Shown here: positions 1 through 9,191 of the stretch, piece by piece | Layout: every line of letters starts with the position of its first letter | How positions within the stretch are numbered: the first letter of the stretch is position 1 | Assembly: GCA_029210325.1 (NCBI GenBank) | Contig: JARGPU010000007.1 | Span: 32,439 to 96,438, forward strand | From: Alcanivoracaceae bacterium | GTDB taxonomy: Bacteria; Pseudomonadota; Gammaproteobacteria; Pseudomonadales; Alcanivoracaceae | Length of the DNA stretch: 64,000 bases | Reading direction: 5' to 3' | Translations under genes and position numbers: made by a program | The notes under the pieces: model-generated | Told to the model about the DNA's origin: nothing | The model's database searches: none | Seen by the model: only the letters and a program-made list of their open reading frames with translations

Positions 1-140
1 AGCGACGGCAGTTGACGCGCAGGGGCCGAGCATTGACAAAAAGTGGCACCTTGCCGTCGACGCTGCTGTTTGGCGTTTTTAAATATCTTATAAATCAGTT
101 TGTTACGTTTTCCCTGTCAGGGAGGTGGCTCAGGGTGAGT

Positions 141-156
141 TGGCACAAATAGTGCG
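141..156 (+). promoter_or_regulatory. candidate sigma-54 (RpoN) -24/-12 promoter of pilA
   Basis: TGGCAC-aaata-GTGC gives GG(142-143)-N10-GC(154-155) spacing about 40 nt upstream of the pilA ATG. Pseudomonas-type major pilin genes are RpoN/PilSR dependent. One mismatch to TTGC in the -12 element. Confidence 0.45.
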
Positions 157-193
157 TGATATATGGAAATGCACTCCAGTGGGGTAGACGGCC

Positions 194-622
194 ATGCAGG
201 CGGTACAGAGGGGTTTTACACTGATCGAGCTGATGATCGTGGTGGCGATCATCGGCATACTTGCGGCGGTGGCTATTCCTGCCTATCAGGACTATACCGT
301 CAGGACGCAGGTATCAGAAGCGCTCAATCTGGCGTCGTCGCTGCGCTCGGAAATTGCCGGAACGGTGTTTGCTCAAACCGGCAGTTTCACTGGCGTTTCG
401 TCCGGCGCTTACGGCATCATGACCCCTGCCAGCTATCAAGGTAATTTTGTTGATCAGGTCGAGGTGGCAGATGGTGTCATCAACGTGCGTTTGGGTAATG
501 ACGTCAATCCCGGCGTGCTGGGTGAAATTGTCAGCCTGACGCCGTCTCTTGCCGGGGGGTCGATTACCTGGCAGTGCACCTTTAGTGGTGCGCCACGTTA
601 TGTGCCGAGTAATTGCCGATAG
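194..622 (+). CDS. pilA: type IVa major pilin
   Basis: Class III leader MQAVQRG|[27 protein letters not shown] (prepilin peptidase site G|F, Glu5). C-terminal disulfide loop C-x12-C ([17 protein letters not shown]). 142 aa. Confidence 0.92.
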   Translation: MQAVQRGFTLIELMIVVAIIGILAAVAIPAYQDYTVRTQVSEALNLASSLRSEIAGTVFAQTGSFTGVSSGAYGIMTPASYQGNFVDQVEVADGVINVRLGNDVNPGVLGEIVSLTPSLAGGSITWQCTFSGAPRYVPSNCR

Positions 623-654
623 CAACTATGGTTTTAAAAATATAAGGGGTTAGC

Positions 655-1512
655 TTGGCCATCGAGAGCATTTCTGTCGTTATTCCTGCAAAAAATGAGC
701 AGGCATCCATTGGCACTCTGGTGCAGGAAATTCTTCAGCTCGATTGCGTTCAGGAGGTGGTGGTCGTTGATGATGGCTCCACCGACCAGACTGGCGAAGT
801 CGCCCGCTCAGCGGGTGCCCGAGTGGTGCGCCATCAAGTCAGCATGGGCAATGGCGCCGCGATCAAGCGGGGCGCCAGAGAGGCTCTGGCAGACTGGGTT
901 TTATTTATGGATGCGGATGGTCAGCACCAGCCCGCAGAGATTGACCTTTTAGTGCAGGCCGCCGGTGAATCAGACATGGTCGTCGGTGCCCGTGATGCAC
1001 AGGGTCAGGCCAGTATCTGGCGCCGTGGCGCAAATGGCTTCTATAACTGGTTTGCCAGCAAGGTTACGGAATATCCGATCAAGGATTTGACCTCTGGTTT
1101 TCGCCTTGTGCGCCGGGAGAAGTTTGTCAAGTTCCTACATCTTTTGCCAAATGGCTTTTCATATCCGACCACCAGCACCATGGCGTTTTTGAGATCAGGT
1201 TATAATGTCTCTTTTGTGCCGGTTAATGTTTTGAAAAGAGAGGGTAAAAGTCATATCAGGCCGATTAAGGATGGCTTCCGGTTTTTGATCATCATCTTCA
1301 AGATTGCCACCCTCTATGCACCGCTCAAGGTGTTTGTGCCGGTGGCTATTTTTCACTTTGTGCTGGGCTTGATCAGGTACGCTTATACGTTCTCTACTGA
1401 CGGTACATTCACCAATATGTCAGCTTTGCTGATGGTGACCGCAGTGCAGATATTTCTGATCGGCCTGGTTTCCGAGCAGATAACATCGCTTGTCTACGGA
1501 AAAACCGATTAG
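655..1512 (+). CDS. family 2 glycosyltransferase, polyprenol-phosphate sugar transferase type (GtrB/ArnC/DPM1-like)
   Basis: N-terminal ISVVIPAKNE ... VVVVDDGSTDQT ... FMDADGQH GT-A motifs plus two C-terminal TM helices (FRFLIIIFKIATLY..., LLMVTAVQIFLIGLVSEQI) typical of Und-P-sugar synthases. TTG start preceded by AAGGGG. Only 32 nt after pilA, with no hairpin. Confidence 0.8.
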   Translation: MAIESISVVIPAKNEQASIGTLVQEILQLDCVQEVVVVDDGSTDQTGEVARSAGARVVRHQVSMGNGAAIKRGAREALADWVLFMDADGQHQPAEIDLLVQAAGESDMVVGARDAQGQASIWRRGANGFYNWFASKVTEYPIKDLTSGFRLVRREKFVKFLHLLPNGFSYPTTSTMAFLRSGYNVSFVPVNVLKREGKSHIRPIKDGFRFLIIIFKIATLYAPLKVFVPVAIFHFVLGLIRYAYTFSTDGTFTNMSALLMVTAVQIFLIGLVSEQITSLVYGKTD

Positions 1513-1528
1513 GGCCAAGAGAATCCTG

Positions 1529-2614
1529 ATGCCTGACGATCAGCACCTAGAGCTATATCGCGCTGAACACTTCCCCGTTTTTCAGAATAGAATGTTTGCC
1601 ACTGCAGAGCAGGCGGTGGCTTGCACTTCTGGTGATATCGTTCTTGTCCGTGATCAGCGTACAGGGCTGGTTTTTAATCAGGCTTTTAATCCTGACTTGA
1701 TGAAGTATGACTCTGATTATCAGAATGAACAGTCTCTTAGTACTGCCTTTCTTGCCCATTTGGATAATGTTGTATCCGTAATAAAGAGAAATTTCTCTGA
1801 CTCAAACCTGGTGGAGCTAGGTTGCGGCAAGGGCTACTTTCTGGAGCGGCTGCAGTCTTGCGGGTTTGATATTACGGGATTTGATCCAGCCTATGAAGGA
1901 AGCAATCCCCGGATTGAAAAACGAGAGTTTGATGTGGCTTCGGGCCTGTCTGCGCACGGAATCATTCTCCGCCATGTACTTGAGCATATTCCCTCGCCTG
2001 TCGACTTCCTGGAAAGTGTTAAAGAAGCAAATCAGGGCGCCGGAAAAATATATATTGAAGTGCCATGTTTTGACTGGATATGCCAAAGGCGGGCATGGTT
2101 CGATATTTTCTATGAGCATGTAAATTATTTTCGTTTAAAAGATCTGGTGGCCATGTTTGGTCAGGTTTATGAGGCCGGTCATTTATTCTCCGGGCAGTAT
2201 CTTTATGTGGTGGCTGATTTAGGCTCCCTCAAGCAGCCTGTGCGGGAAGAGTCTGATGACTTTGCCTTCCCTGAGGACTTTCTCCGTGGCGTAAGCCAGT
2301 GCTCTGAGATGATTCGTGCCATTGCTGCCAGTGGGGGGCTGTGTGGTGTTTGGGGAGGAGCATCTAAAGGGGTGATATTCGCCCTTCTTATGCAGCGTTG
2401 TGGCGTGGCTGTGGATTGCGTTGTTGACGTTAACCCGATGAAGCAGGGCCGTTATCTGGCATCCACTGGCTTACAGGTTAGCGCTCCAGAGCAGGCTCTT
2501 GAGCGCCTTCCTGCAGGCTCGGTGATTTTCGTTATGAATGGAAACTATGCCGACGAGATTAGTGCCATGACCAAGGGTAAGTATGACCTTGTGGTGGTGG
2601 ATGCCATATCCTGA
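1529..2614 (+). CDS. class I SAM-dependent methyltransferase, sugar C-methyltransferase-like but lacking the N-terminal Zn-ribbon
   Basis: SAM motif I LVELGCGKGYFLERL. C-terminal Rossmann-like part (VWGGASKGVIFALLM ... VVDVNPMKQGRY) resembles the C-terminal domain of TylCIII-type NDP-hexose C-methyltransferases and of the paralogue at 7118-8341. ATG at 1529 preferred over the upstream TTG at 1490. Confidence 0.65.
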   Translation: MPDDQHLELYRAEHFPVFQNRMFATAEQAVACTSGDIVLVRDQRTGLVFNQAFNPDLMKYDSDYQNEQSLSTAFLAHLDNVVSVIKRNFSDSNLVELGCGKGYFLERLQSCGFDITGFDPAYEGSNPRIEKREFDVASGLSAHGIILRHVLEHIPSPVDFLESVKEANQGAGKIYIEVPCFDWICQRRAWFDIFYEHVNYFRLKDLVAMFGQVYEAGHLFSGQYLYVVADLGSLKQPVREESDDFAFPEDFLRGVSQCSEMIRAIAASGGLCGVWGGASKGVIFALLMQRCGVAVDCVVDVNPMKQGRYLASTGLQVSAPEQALERLPAGSVIFVMNGNYADEISAMTKGKYDLVVVDAIS

Positions 2615-2620
2615 TGACTG

Positions 2621-3583
2621 CTACGCTGATCTTCTGTTTCGGATATAGAAGGCGGTGTATGCAGCTGCCCAAGCAATGATATCCCCGACAAAAACCACCG
2701 CCCGGAATGTGGCTATCAGGACGATGAGGCCGCTGATGCTGCCCGCATCCTTAAGCAAAGATGCGGATACTACTTCGGCAACACCGATACCTTGCGGGGC
2801 AAATATGGCCACATATCCGGCGGCCCAGGATATCAGGTAGGCACCCGCCATCTGAGCAAAGGACAATGCATCGTTGATGTCAGGATAGGCTTGCAAGTAA
2901 AGCGTGAAAGAAGTGGCCGCCACGCTCCAGTGAATAACTATCAGTAGTGCAGAAAGCATATATGGCCATATATGAAAATCCTCAGCACTTTCCTTGCTGT
3001 ACAGCCGAAGCATTAATGGTGCTCCGGCCAGTAGCGTTATGACTGCAGCAATAGTCGCCCAGAATACCAGCGCCAGTTCAGGTGCGGTCTGGCCAAACAG
3101 CAGCATGATGCTCCCCAGAAATGATGCCCCGGCCACCAGCATGATGTTTTCCGTAATCAGGTAGCCGGTTACCTGCAATGCGGAGGCTCCCCGTGCCTTG
3201 TAATCTGCACCCTTTGCTACGGTATGCCAGATGCCGCCCGGTAGATACTTTGCTGGCAGGCGCAGGTTATGGATATAGAACGCATCGCGGAACGATGCTC
3301 TGTATCCAAAGGTAGCAAGGCCCGCCTGAGAAAAAGCTGGAGCGATAGCGTGGAGCAAAACCCATACGCAGATGCTGGGCAGAAGGTATGACAAATCTGC
3401 CGAGTTGAATGATGCAACCAGGTGTTCTCGGCTGTTCCATGCGGCGTAGATGATTGCCAGCAGTGCGGCTGGTGTGAACAGCGCCTTGGCCAGACGGATG
3501 GCCTTGCGGCTGCTGGTTATTGTTGGCGGCGTGGTGTTGGAGTGGTCCACTGTCAGGTTCGCGGCGTCAGGTACTTTCCGCAA
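2621..3583 (-). CDS. polytopic membrane protein, UPF0104 / lysyl-PG-synthase-TM (flippase-like) family
   Basis: About 8 predicted TM helices. KYLPGGIWH motif resembles the YLPGNVWH motif I associate with UPF0104 flippase-like proteins. Overlaps the end of the upstream GT2 gene by 31 nt. Confidence 0.5.
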   Translation of the reverse strand: MRKVPDAANLTVDHSNTTPPTITSSRKAIRLAKALFTPAALLAIIYAAWNSREHLVASFNSADLSYLLPSICVWVLLHAIAPAFSQAGLATFGYRASFRDAFYIHNLRLPAKYLPGGIWHTVAKGADYKARGASALQVTGYLITENIMLVAGASFLGSIMLLFGQTAPELALVFWATIAAVITLLAGAPLMLRLYSKESAEDFHIWPYMLSALLIVIHWSVAATSFTLYLQAYPDINDALSFAQMAGAYLISWAAGYVAIFAPQGIGVAEVVSASLLKDAGSISGLIVLIATFRAVVFVGDIIAWAAAYTAFYIRNRRSA

Positions 3584-4473
3584 AAGTACTTCACGGCAAG
3601 ACAGGGAATCAGGGCAATCAGGATCAGTGCTTTAACTGACCTCGGCTGCTGTGACTGGGTTACCGCTCCAATAAGGGACAGGGGCAGTCTCGCCAGTGGC
3701 ATGAGTTTGTCAAAAAAAGAGTGGGTCAGTTTGTAGTCATTATTGTTATAGCGCTGCAGTTTTTGCTTGTATGAGGTTTCTGTCCTGAATTCCCGCCGAT
3801 TCCAGGATGGGCCTTCCGCATGAATGAAGTCCCCCCTTAGGGCTAGTCCGACAAGCAGAATCAAGTCCGTGCCAACAATATCCTTGAGGTTTTCGGGCTG
3901 CAGGTACTCCCTGCGAATAAGTCCCAGAATAGGGTTCATATTGCCCCAGAAAACGGTAAAAAAGCGGGCCACAGGATCAAGTCCGCGGGTGTCGCTCCAG
4001 CCGGTACTTTTCGAATGGCTGTTGCCGTCCCCGTCAATCCACGTTGTGCTGGCGAATGACAGGGACGCATCCGGGTGTAGTTCCAGAGCGGCGACAGTTT
4101 TCTCAAGATAGTCAGTGGACCAGCGATCATGGCCAGCTGCCCACATAAAATACTTGCCGTGGGAGCGTTCCAGAGTATATCGGAAGTTTGCTGCAGCACC
4201 CTGGTTCTGTGCAAAGCGATGGTATGTGATCTGTGGGAATTTACGGCAATACTCCTCACATATTCGCTGGGTATCGTCGGTTGAGCAGTTGTCAGAGATA
4301 AGTATCTCAACGTTTGGATAGCTCTGCGCCGTTATGGCATCAAGTGCTTCGGCAATAAACCGGGCTTCGTTAAAAATTGGCATGCCAATCGACACTAGAG
4401 GTGGTGCACTCGCAGCGCGGCTGGAAGATGCGTCGTGAGCTGGCTGATCTACAGGTGTCGAGGGGCTTCTCAT
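3553..4473 (-). CDS. family 2 glycosyltransferase (soluble type)
   Basis: VSIGMPIFNEARFIAEALDAITAQSYPNVEILISDNCSTDDT GT-A N-terminal signature. No TM helices apart from a short hydrophobic C-terminal segment. Confidence 0.8.
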   Translation of the reverse strand: MRSPSTPVDQPAHDASSSRAASAPPLVSIGMPIFNEARFIAEALDAITAQSYPNVEILISDNCSTDDTQRICEEYCRKFPQITYHRFAQNQGAAANFRYTLERSHGKYFMWAAGHDRWSTDYLEKTVAALELHPDASLSFASTTWIDGDGNSHSKSTGWSDTRGLDPVARFFTVFWGNMNPILGLIRREYLQPENLKDIVGTDLILLVGLALRGDFIHAEGPSWNRREFRTETSYKQKLQRYNNNDYKLTHSFFDKLMPLARLPLSLIGAVTQSQQPRSVKALILIALIPCLAVKYFCGKYLTPRT

Positions 4474-4699
4474 GGCATCTATCGCTGTAAAGCCGGGAAT
4501 TTTCCAGGCGGAAAATTAACCAGGTGGCTTTGGTGTATGACCTCTGAGGCTTTCCCCGGTGGATGGCTCCGAGTGGATGGCCCCGAAATGTTCTCTAGGA
4601 TAAGCTAGGGCTCGCTGTGTGACGTGTCAACCTTGTGGGCCTGAATATTGCAGGCAGGGTAGCGGCAGACAAGATAATAACGAAGCGGGGAGCAAGCAC

Positions 4700-5470
4700 A
4701 TGAAAGCCGTGATTCTGGCAGGCGGTTTGGGTACACGAATATCAGAGGAAACCCATCTCAAGCCCAAGCCGATGATTGAAATCGGTGGAAAGCCAATTCT
4801 CTGGCACATCATGAAATCCTATTCGGCCCATGGAGTGACAGAATTTGTCATTTGTTGCGGCTATAAGGGCTATGTCATCAAGGAATACTTTGCCAATTAC
4901 TTCCTGCATATGTCAGATGTCACCTTCGATATGACCGACAATCAGATGGAGGTGCATCACAAGGAGGTTGAGCCGTGGAGAGTGACTCTGGTTGGCACCG
5001 GCGAGGACTCAATGACAGGCGGCAGGCTGAGACGCGTGCGGGACTATATCAGTGATGATGATGCTTTCTGCTTTACCTATGGAGACGGTCTGAGCGATGT
5101 GGATATTCGTGGCTCCATCGATTTTCATCGTAAGCATGGCAAGCAGGCCACCGTCACCGCAGTACTGCCGCCAGGACGTTATGGTGCGCTGGCCATGCAG
5201 GGCGATCAGGTGACCGGCTTCACCGAGAAGCCACGGGGTGACGGCGGGATGATTAACGGGGGCTTTTTTGTCTTGTCTCCAGCTTGCATCGACTTGATCG
5301 AAGGTGACCATACCAGCTGGGAGTCTGAGCCATTAACCAAGCTGGCGGCCATGGGGGAGCTGATGGCGTTTGAACACCACGGCTTCTGGCAGGCTATGGA
5401 CACTCTGCGCGACAAAAATGTTCTGGAAGATCTTTGGAAATCCGGCAAGGCACCGTGGAAAAAGTGGTAA
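4700..5470 (+). CDS. rfbF: glucose-1-phosphate cytidylyltransferase
   Basis: [64 protein letters not shown] is the canonical RfbF/DdhA N-terminus. ATG at 4700 chosen (the ORF extends upstream to 4619 with non-homologous residues). Confidence 0.9.
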   Translation: MKAVILAGGLGTRISEETHLKPKPMIEIGGKPILWHIMKSYSAHGVTEFVICCGYKGYVIKEYFANYFLHMSDVTFDMTDNQMEVHHKEVEPWRVTLVGTGEDSMTGGRLRRVRDYISDDDAFCFTYGDGLSDVDIRGSIDFHRKHGKQATVTAVLPPGRYGALAMQGDQVTGFTEKPRGDGGMINGGFFVLSPACIDLIEGDHTSWESEPLTKLAAMGELMAFEHHGFWQAMDTLRDKNVLEDLWKSGKAPWKKW

Positions 5471-6564
5471 TGAATACTGCGGGTGCGGAAAAGCCTCCAT
5501 CGGATTTCTGGCGTGGCCGGAGAGTTTTGTTAACCGGACATACCGGCTTTAAGGGTGGTTGGCTAGCACTGTGGCTGAGCCGTCTTGGGGCTCAGGTAAC
5601 CGGCATTGCACTGGCGCCCGACACTTCGCCGGCGTTATATGATCTGGCTGGGGTTGCTGGTCAGCTCGAAGATAGCCATTTTTGCGATATCCGCGATTAT
5701 GCCAAGCTTGAGACTTTGGTCCGTCAGGCGAACCCGGAGGTGGTGTTTCATCTGGCTGCCCAGCCACTGGTGCGCGCGGGTTATGCAGATCCATTGATCA
5801 CTTTCTCCACCAATGTTCAGGGCACTGCCAATGTTCTCGAAGCGCTGAGGAAAGTAGACAGTGTGAAAGTCTGCGTGGCGGTGACTACGGACAAGGTTTA
5901 CAGAAATATTGAGACTTTCTATCCCTATCGCGAGTCGGATCCCCTTGGCGGGCATGACCCCTATAGTGCCAGCAAGGCCGCTTCAGAGTTGGTGATCAGT
6001 TGCTACCGCGAATCATTTCTGGCGGCGAGGGGTGTGGCGCTTGCGTCGGCCAGAGCGGGCAACGTAATCGGTGGAGGAGACTGGGCAGCGGACCGTCTGT
6101 TGCCGGATGCTGTGCGCGCGTGGGGTAAAGGAGAGCCTCTGGTAATTCGCCGGCCTGACTCTGTTCGGCCATGGCAGCATGTGCTTGAGCCACTGGCCGG
6201 ATACTTGCGTCTGGCGCAGAGCATGTGGAGTCAGCCCTCGCTTGCCGGGGCCTATAACTTTGGCCCTCCGACAGACTCAGCCGCTACCGTCCGGCATGTG
6301 GTGGAGTTTGCCCGCACTGCGTTCGGTGTTGGAGAGGTCAGTTGGGGAGAAGAGAATGCCGGCCCCCATGAGGCGGGGCTACTCACTCTGGATGTTTCAA
6401 AGGCACGCCACGATCTGGCGGTGAGTTCCCTGTGGACTCTTGAGGAATCAGTCAACAGGACAATGAGCTGGTATCGGAGGCTGGCTGAGGGCGGCGATGC
6501 AGCCTCCTTGTGCGTAGATGATATTGTCGATTACGAAAACGCCATGGCGGGATCATCAGGGTGA
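5470..6564 (+). CDS. rfbG: CDP-glucose 4,6-dehydratase
   Basis: FWRGRRVLLTGHTGFKGGWLALWL Rossmann motif and YSASKAASE catalytic YxxxK. TAATG overlap with the rfbF stop. Confidence 0.88.
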   Translation: MNTAGAEKPPSDFWRGRRVLLTGHTGFKGGWLALWLSRLGAQVTGIALAPDTSPALYDLAGVAGQLEDSHFCDIRDYAKLETLVRQANPEVVFHLAAQPLVRAGYADPLITFSTNVQGTANVLEALRKVDSVKVCVAVTTDKVYRNIETFYPYRESDPLGGHDPYSASKAASELVISCYRESFLAARGVALASARAGNVIGGGDWAADRLLPDAVRAWGKGEPLVIRRPDSVRPWQHVLEPLAGYLRLAQSMWSQPSLAGAYNFGPPTDSAATVRHVVEFARTAFGVGEVSWGEENAGPHEAGLLTLDVSKARHDLAVSSLWTLEESVNRTMSWYRRLAEGGDAASLCVDDIVDYENAMAGSSG

Positions 6565-7121
6565 ATCGTTTTATCGTATCGGACACTCCGATTGGCGGAG
6601 TTAAAGTGATTGAGCGAACCCTGATCAGCGATCACCGGGGTGGATTAAGCCGGGTATTTTGTGCCGAAGAACTGGCTGGCGCTGGCTGGGACAAGCCGGT
6701 GATGCAGATCAATCATGCTTATACGAGAAGTGCGGGTGCTATTCGGGGTATGCACTTTCAGCGCGCTCCCCATGCGGAAATGAAGCTGGTGAGTTGCGTG
6801 CGCGGAAGGATTTGGGATGTTGCGGTGGACCTGCGCGCCGATTCCGCCACCTTTATGCAATGGTTCGCTCAAGAGCTATCAGTCAGCAACCGACTGGCCA
6901 TGTTGATTCCGCAGGGAGTTGCCCACGGTTTTCAGGCGATTGAAAGCGACTGTGAGATCCTCTATCTGCACTCTTCCTGCTATCAGCCTGCCGCCGAAGA
7001 TGGCATTAATCCTTTCGATCCTGCGCTAGCTATTAAATGGCCTGTTGAGGTGACTGATATTTCTGAGAAGGACCATAACAGGGCCTTTGTAGATCAATCG
7101 TTTGCGGGAATCATTCTATGA
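6561..7121 (+). CDS. RmlC-fold NDP-4-keto-6-deoxyhexose 3,5- (or 3- / 5-) epimerase
   Basis: Cupin-type dTDP-4-dehydrorhamnose 3,5-epimerase pattern (IRGMHFQ ... KLVSCVRGRIWDVAVDLR ... PQGVAHGF). 4-nt overlaps on both sides. Confidence 0.8.
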   Translation: MNRFIVSDTPIGGVKVIERTLISDHRGGLSRVFCAEELAGAGWDKPVMQINHAYTRSAGAIRGMHFQRAPHAEMKLVSCVRGRIWDVAVDLRADSATFMQWFAQELSVSNRLAMLIPQGVAHGFQAIESDCEILYLHSSCYQPAAEDGINPFDPALAIKWPVEVTDISEKDHNRAFVDQSFAGIIL

Positions 7122-8341
7122 AGTGCCGGCATTGTGGCGCTGTTCTGCAGCATGTCTTTCTGGATCTCGGCTTTGCGCCGCCATCCAATGCTTACCGGTT
7201 GGCCTCTGATCTATCCAGACCAGAGCTGTATTACCCGCTCAGGCTAAAGGTGTGCGAGCAGTGCTGGCTGGTGCAGACGGATGACTTTACCTCGGCAGAT
7301 CAGCTATTCGATTCTGACTATGCGTACTTCTCCAGTACTTCAACAAGCTGGTTGGAACATGCGAAGAATTATGTTGAAGAAATTATTCCAGCCCTTTGTC
7401 TTGATCAGGGTAGCTTTGTTGTGGAAGTAGCATCCAACGACGGCTACTTGCTGAGGAACTTTGTTCGCCATGGCATTCCCTGTCTTGGCGTGGAGCCAAC
7501 GGCCAGCACTGCGGATTATGCTGAGAATGCAGGTGTGCCCGTTGCACGAGAGTTTTTTGGAGAAAAATTTGCTGTAGAAATGGTTGAGAAAAATGGTAAA
7601 GCGGATCTGATTATTGGCAATAATGTGTATGCCCATGTTCCCGATATCAATGACTTTACCCGTGGCTTGGCGGCTGCACTGAAATCAACAGGTACTATTA
7701 CTCTGGAATTTCCTCATTTGCAGAACCTTATTGAGAAAATCCAGTTCGATACGGTCTATCACGAGCACTTTTCCTACCTTTCACTGCATTCTGTTAGCGC
7801 TATATTCAAAGCGGCGGGCTTGCGGATATGGAATGTTGAGCGGATACCCACCCATGGTGGCAGCCTGCGCGTTTATGGCTGCCATCAGGATGATCCCCGT
7901 CAAGACAGAGACACAGTCGGTGCTGTTTTGCAGGGAGAGAAGGAGTTTGGTTTGCTGGACATTGCTGTCTATCAGGGTTTTCAGCAGAGAGTGGAGGCCG
8001 TCAAGGATCGCTTCGTAGAGTTCCTTGTAGACGCCAAGCAGCAGGGTAAGTCAGTGCTGGCCTATGGCGCGGCAGCAAAGGGCTGCACTTTGCTTAACTT
8101 TTCCGGGGTAAAGAAAGATCTTCTGCCGATGGTGGCTGATGCGGCTCCGTCGAAGCAGGGTAAGTTTATCCCTGGATGTCATATTCCGATCGTTTCACCG
8201 GAAGCTTTGGTCGATTTGGCTCCGGATTATCTGATCATATTCCCATGGAATATTGCCGCGGAGATTATCGCCCAGAATCAGTTTCTGGCTGAGCGTGGCA
8301 CTCGTTTTGTCACCTTTATTCCAGAGATGGATATTCGATGA
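7118..8341 (+). CDS. NDP-hexose C-methyltransferase (TylCIII-like), SAM dependent
   Basis: N-terminal Cys4 zinc ribbon (CRHCGAVL ... CEQCWLVQ), central SAM domain (VVEVASNDGYLLRNF), C-terminal domain (AYGAAAKGCTLLNF ... VADAAPSKQGKFIPG). This is the three-part architecture of sugar 3-C-methyltransferases. Confidence 0.75.
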   Translation: MKCRHCGAVLQHVFLDLGFAPPSNAYRLASDLSRPELYYPLRLKVCEQCWLVQTDDFTSADQLFDSDYAYFSSTSTSWLEHAKNYVEEIIPALCLDQGSFVVEVASNDGYLLRNFVRHGIPCLGVEPTASTADYAENAGVPVAREFFGEKFAVEMVEKNGKADLIIGNNVYAHVPDINDFTRGLAAALKSTGTITLEFPHLQNLIEKIQFDTVYHEHFSYLSLHSVSAIFKAAGLRIWNVERIPTHGGSLRVYGCHQDDPRQDRDTVGAVLQGEKEFGLLDIAVYQGFQQRVEAVKDRFVEFLVDAKQQGKSVLAYGAAAKGCTLLNFSGVKKDLLPMVADAAPSKQGKFIPGCHIPIVSPEALVDLAPDYLIIFPWNIAAEIIAQNQFLAERGTRFVTFIPEMDIR

Positions 8342-9165
8342 CAGAGTTAGTACTGGTTACCGGGGGAACAGGCTTCGTCGGCTCGCAGGTAGTCCGCTCC
8401 CTATTGGATTCGGGAGCACGGGTGAGGATGCTGGTCAGGCCGAATAGCTCTGATGTGTTTGCCTCTGGCTCCGGGGTCGAGTCAGTCCGATTCTCTGATG
8501 ACTTGTTTGCCGAGTCGGATGATTGGTGGTCGGAGGTTTTTAGTGAGATCGATACGGTTATTCATCTGGCATGGTATGCGGAGCCCGGCAAATACTTGTC
8601 ATCTGAGCTGAATTTTCACTGTTTGAGTGGCACGCTGCGCATGGCCAAAGGCGCTATCCGAGCGGGTGTCAGGCGGTTTGTCGGCGTTGGTACCTGTTTC
8701 GAGTACGATACGGCAGCGGGGTATCTGTCTGTGGATACGCCTCTTCTGCCGCGCACGCCCTATGCTTCCTGTAAGGCGGCGAGTTATCTGTCACTGTCCA
8801 GCTGGTTTGCTCTGGCGGGGGTAGAGTTTCTCTGGTGTAGATTGTTCTATCTGTATGGTGAGGGCGAAGATTCACGACGCTTTGTGCCTTATCTGAGGGA
8901 CCGGTTGGAGTCCGGGCAGCAGGCGGATCTGACCTCGGGTAATCAGATCAGGGATTACCTTGATGTTGCCGTGGCCGGGAAAATGATTGCAGAGCAGGCG
9001 CTTGCTGGTCAGCAAGGCGCAGTTAACATTTGCTCTGGCGTACCTGTCACGATCAGGCAGCTTGCCGAGCAGATAGCGGAAGAATATGGTCGCGTCGATC
9101 TGCTTAATTTTGGCGCCAGACCGGATAATGAATACGATCCGCCGTGCATTGTCGGTGTGAAATAG
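8338..9165 (+). CDS. NAD(P)-dependent SDR (epimerase/dehydratase family), probable 4-ketoreductase
   Basis: LVTGGTGFVGSQVV Rossmann motif and YASCKAASY catalytic YxxxK. Translationally coupled in the sugar operon. Confidence 0.75.
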   Translation: MTELVLVTGGTGFVGSQVVRSLLDSGARVRMLVRPNSSDVFASGSGVESVRFSDDLFAESDDWWSEVFSEIDTVIHLAWYAEPGKYLSSELNFHCLSGTLRMAKGAIRAGVRRFVGVGTCFEYDTAAGYLSVDTPLLPRTPYASCKAASYLSLSSWFALAGVEFLWCRLFYLYGEGEDSRRFVPYLRDRLESGQQADLTSGNQIRDYLDVAVAGKMIAEQALAGQQGAVNICSGVPVTIRQLAEQIAEEYGRVDLLNFGARPDNEYDPPCIVGVK

Positions 9166-9191
9166 AATAATTCGAATAGGGGAATAAAAGC

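Noticed and set aside
163-444. 93-aa ORF overlapping pilA in another frame (and the 103-aa antisense ORF at 314-625)
   Set aside because: pilA has an unambiguous pilin signature in its own frame. The overlapping ORFs have Arg/Gly-rich compositions typical of off-frame translation of GC-rich DNA.
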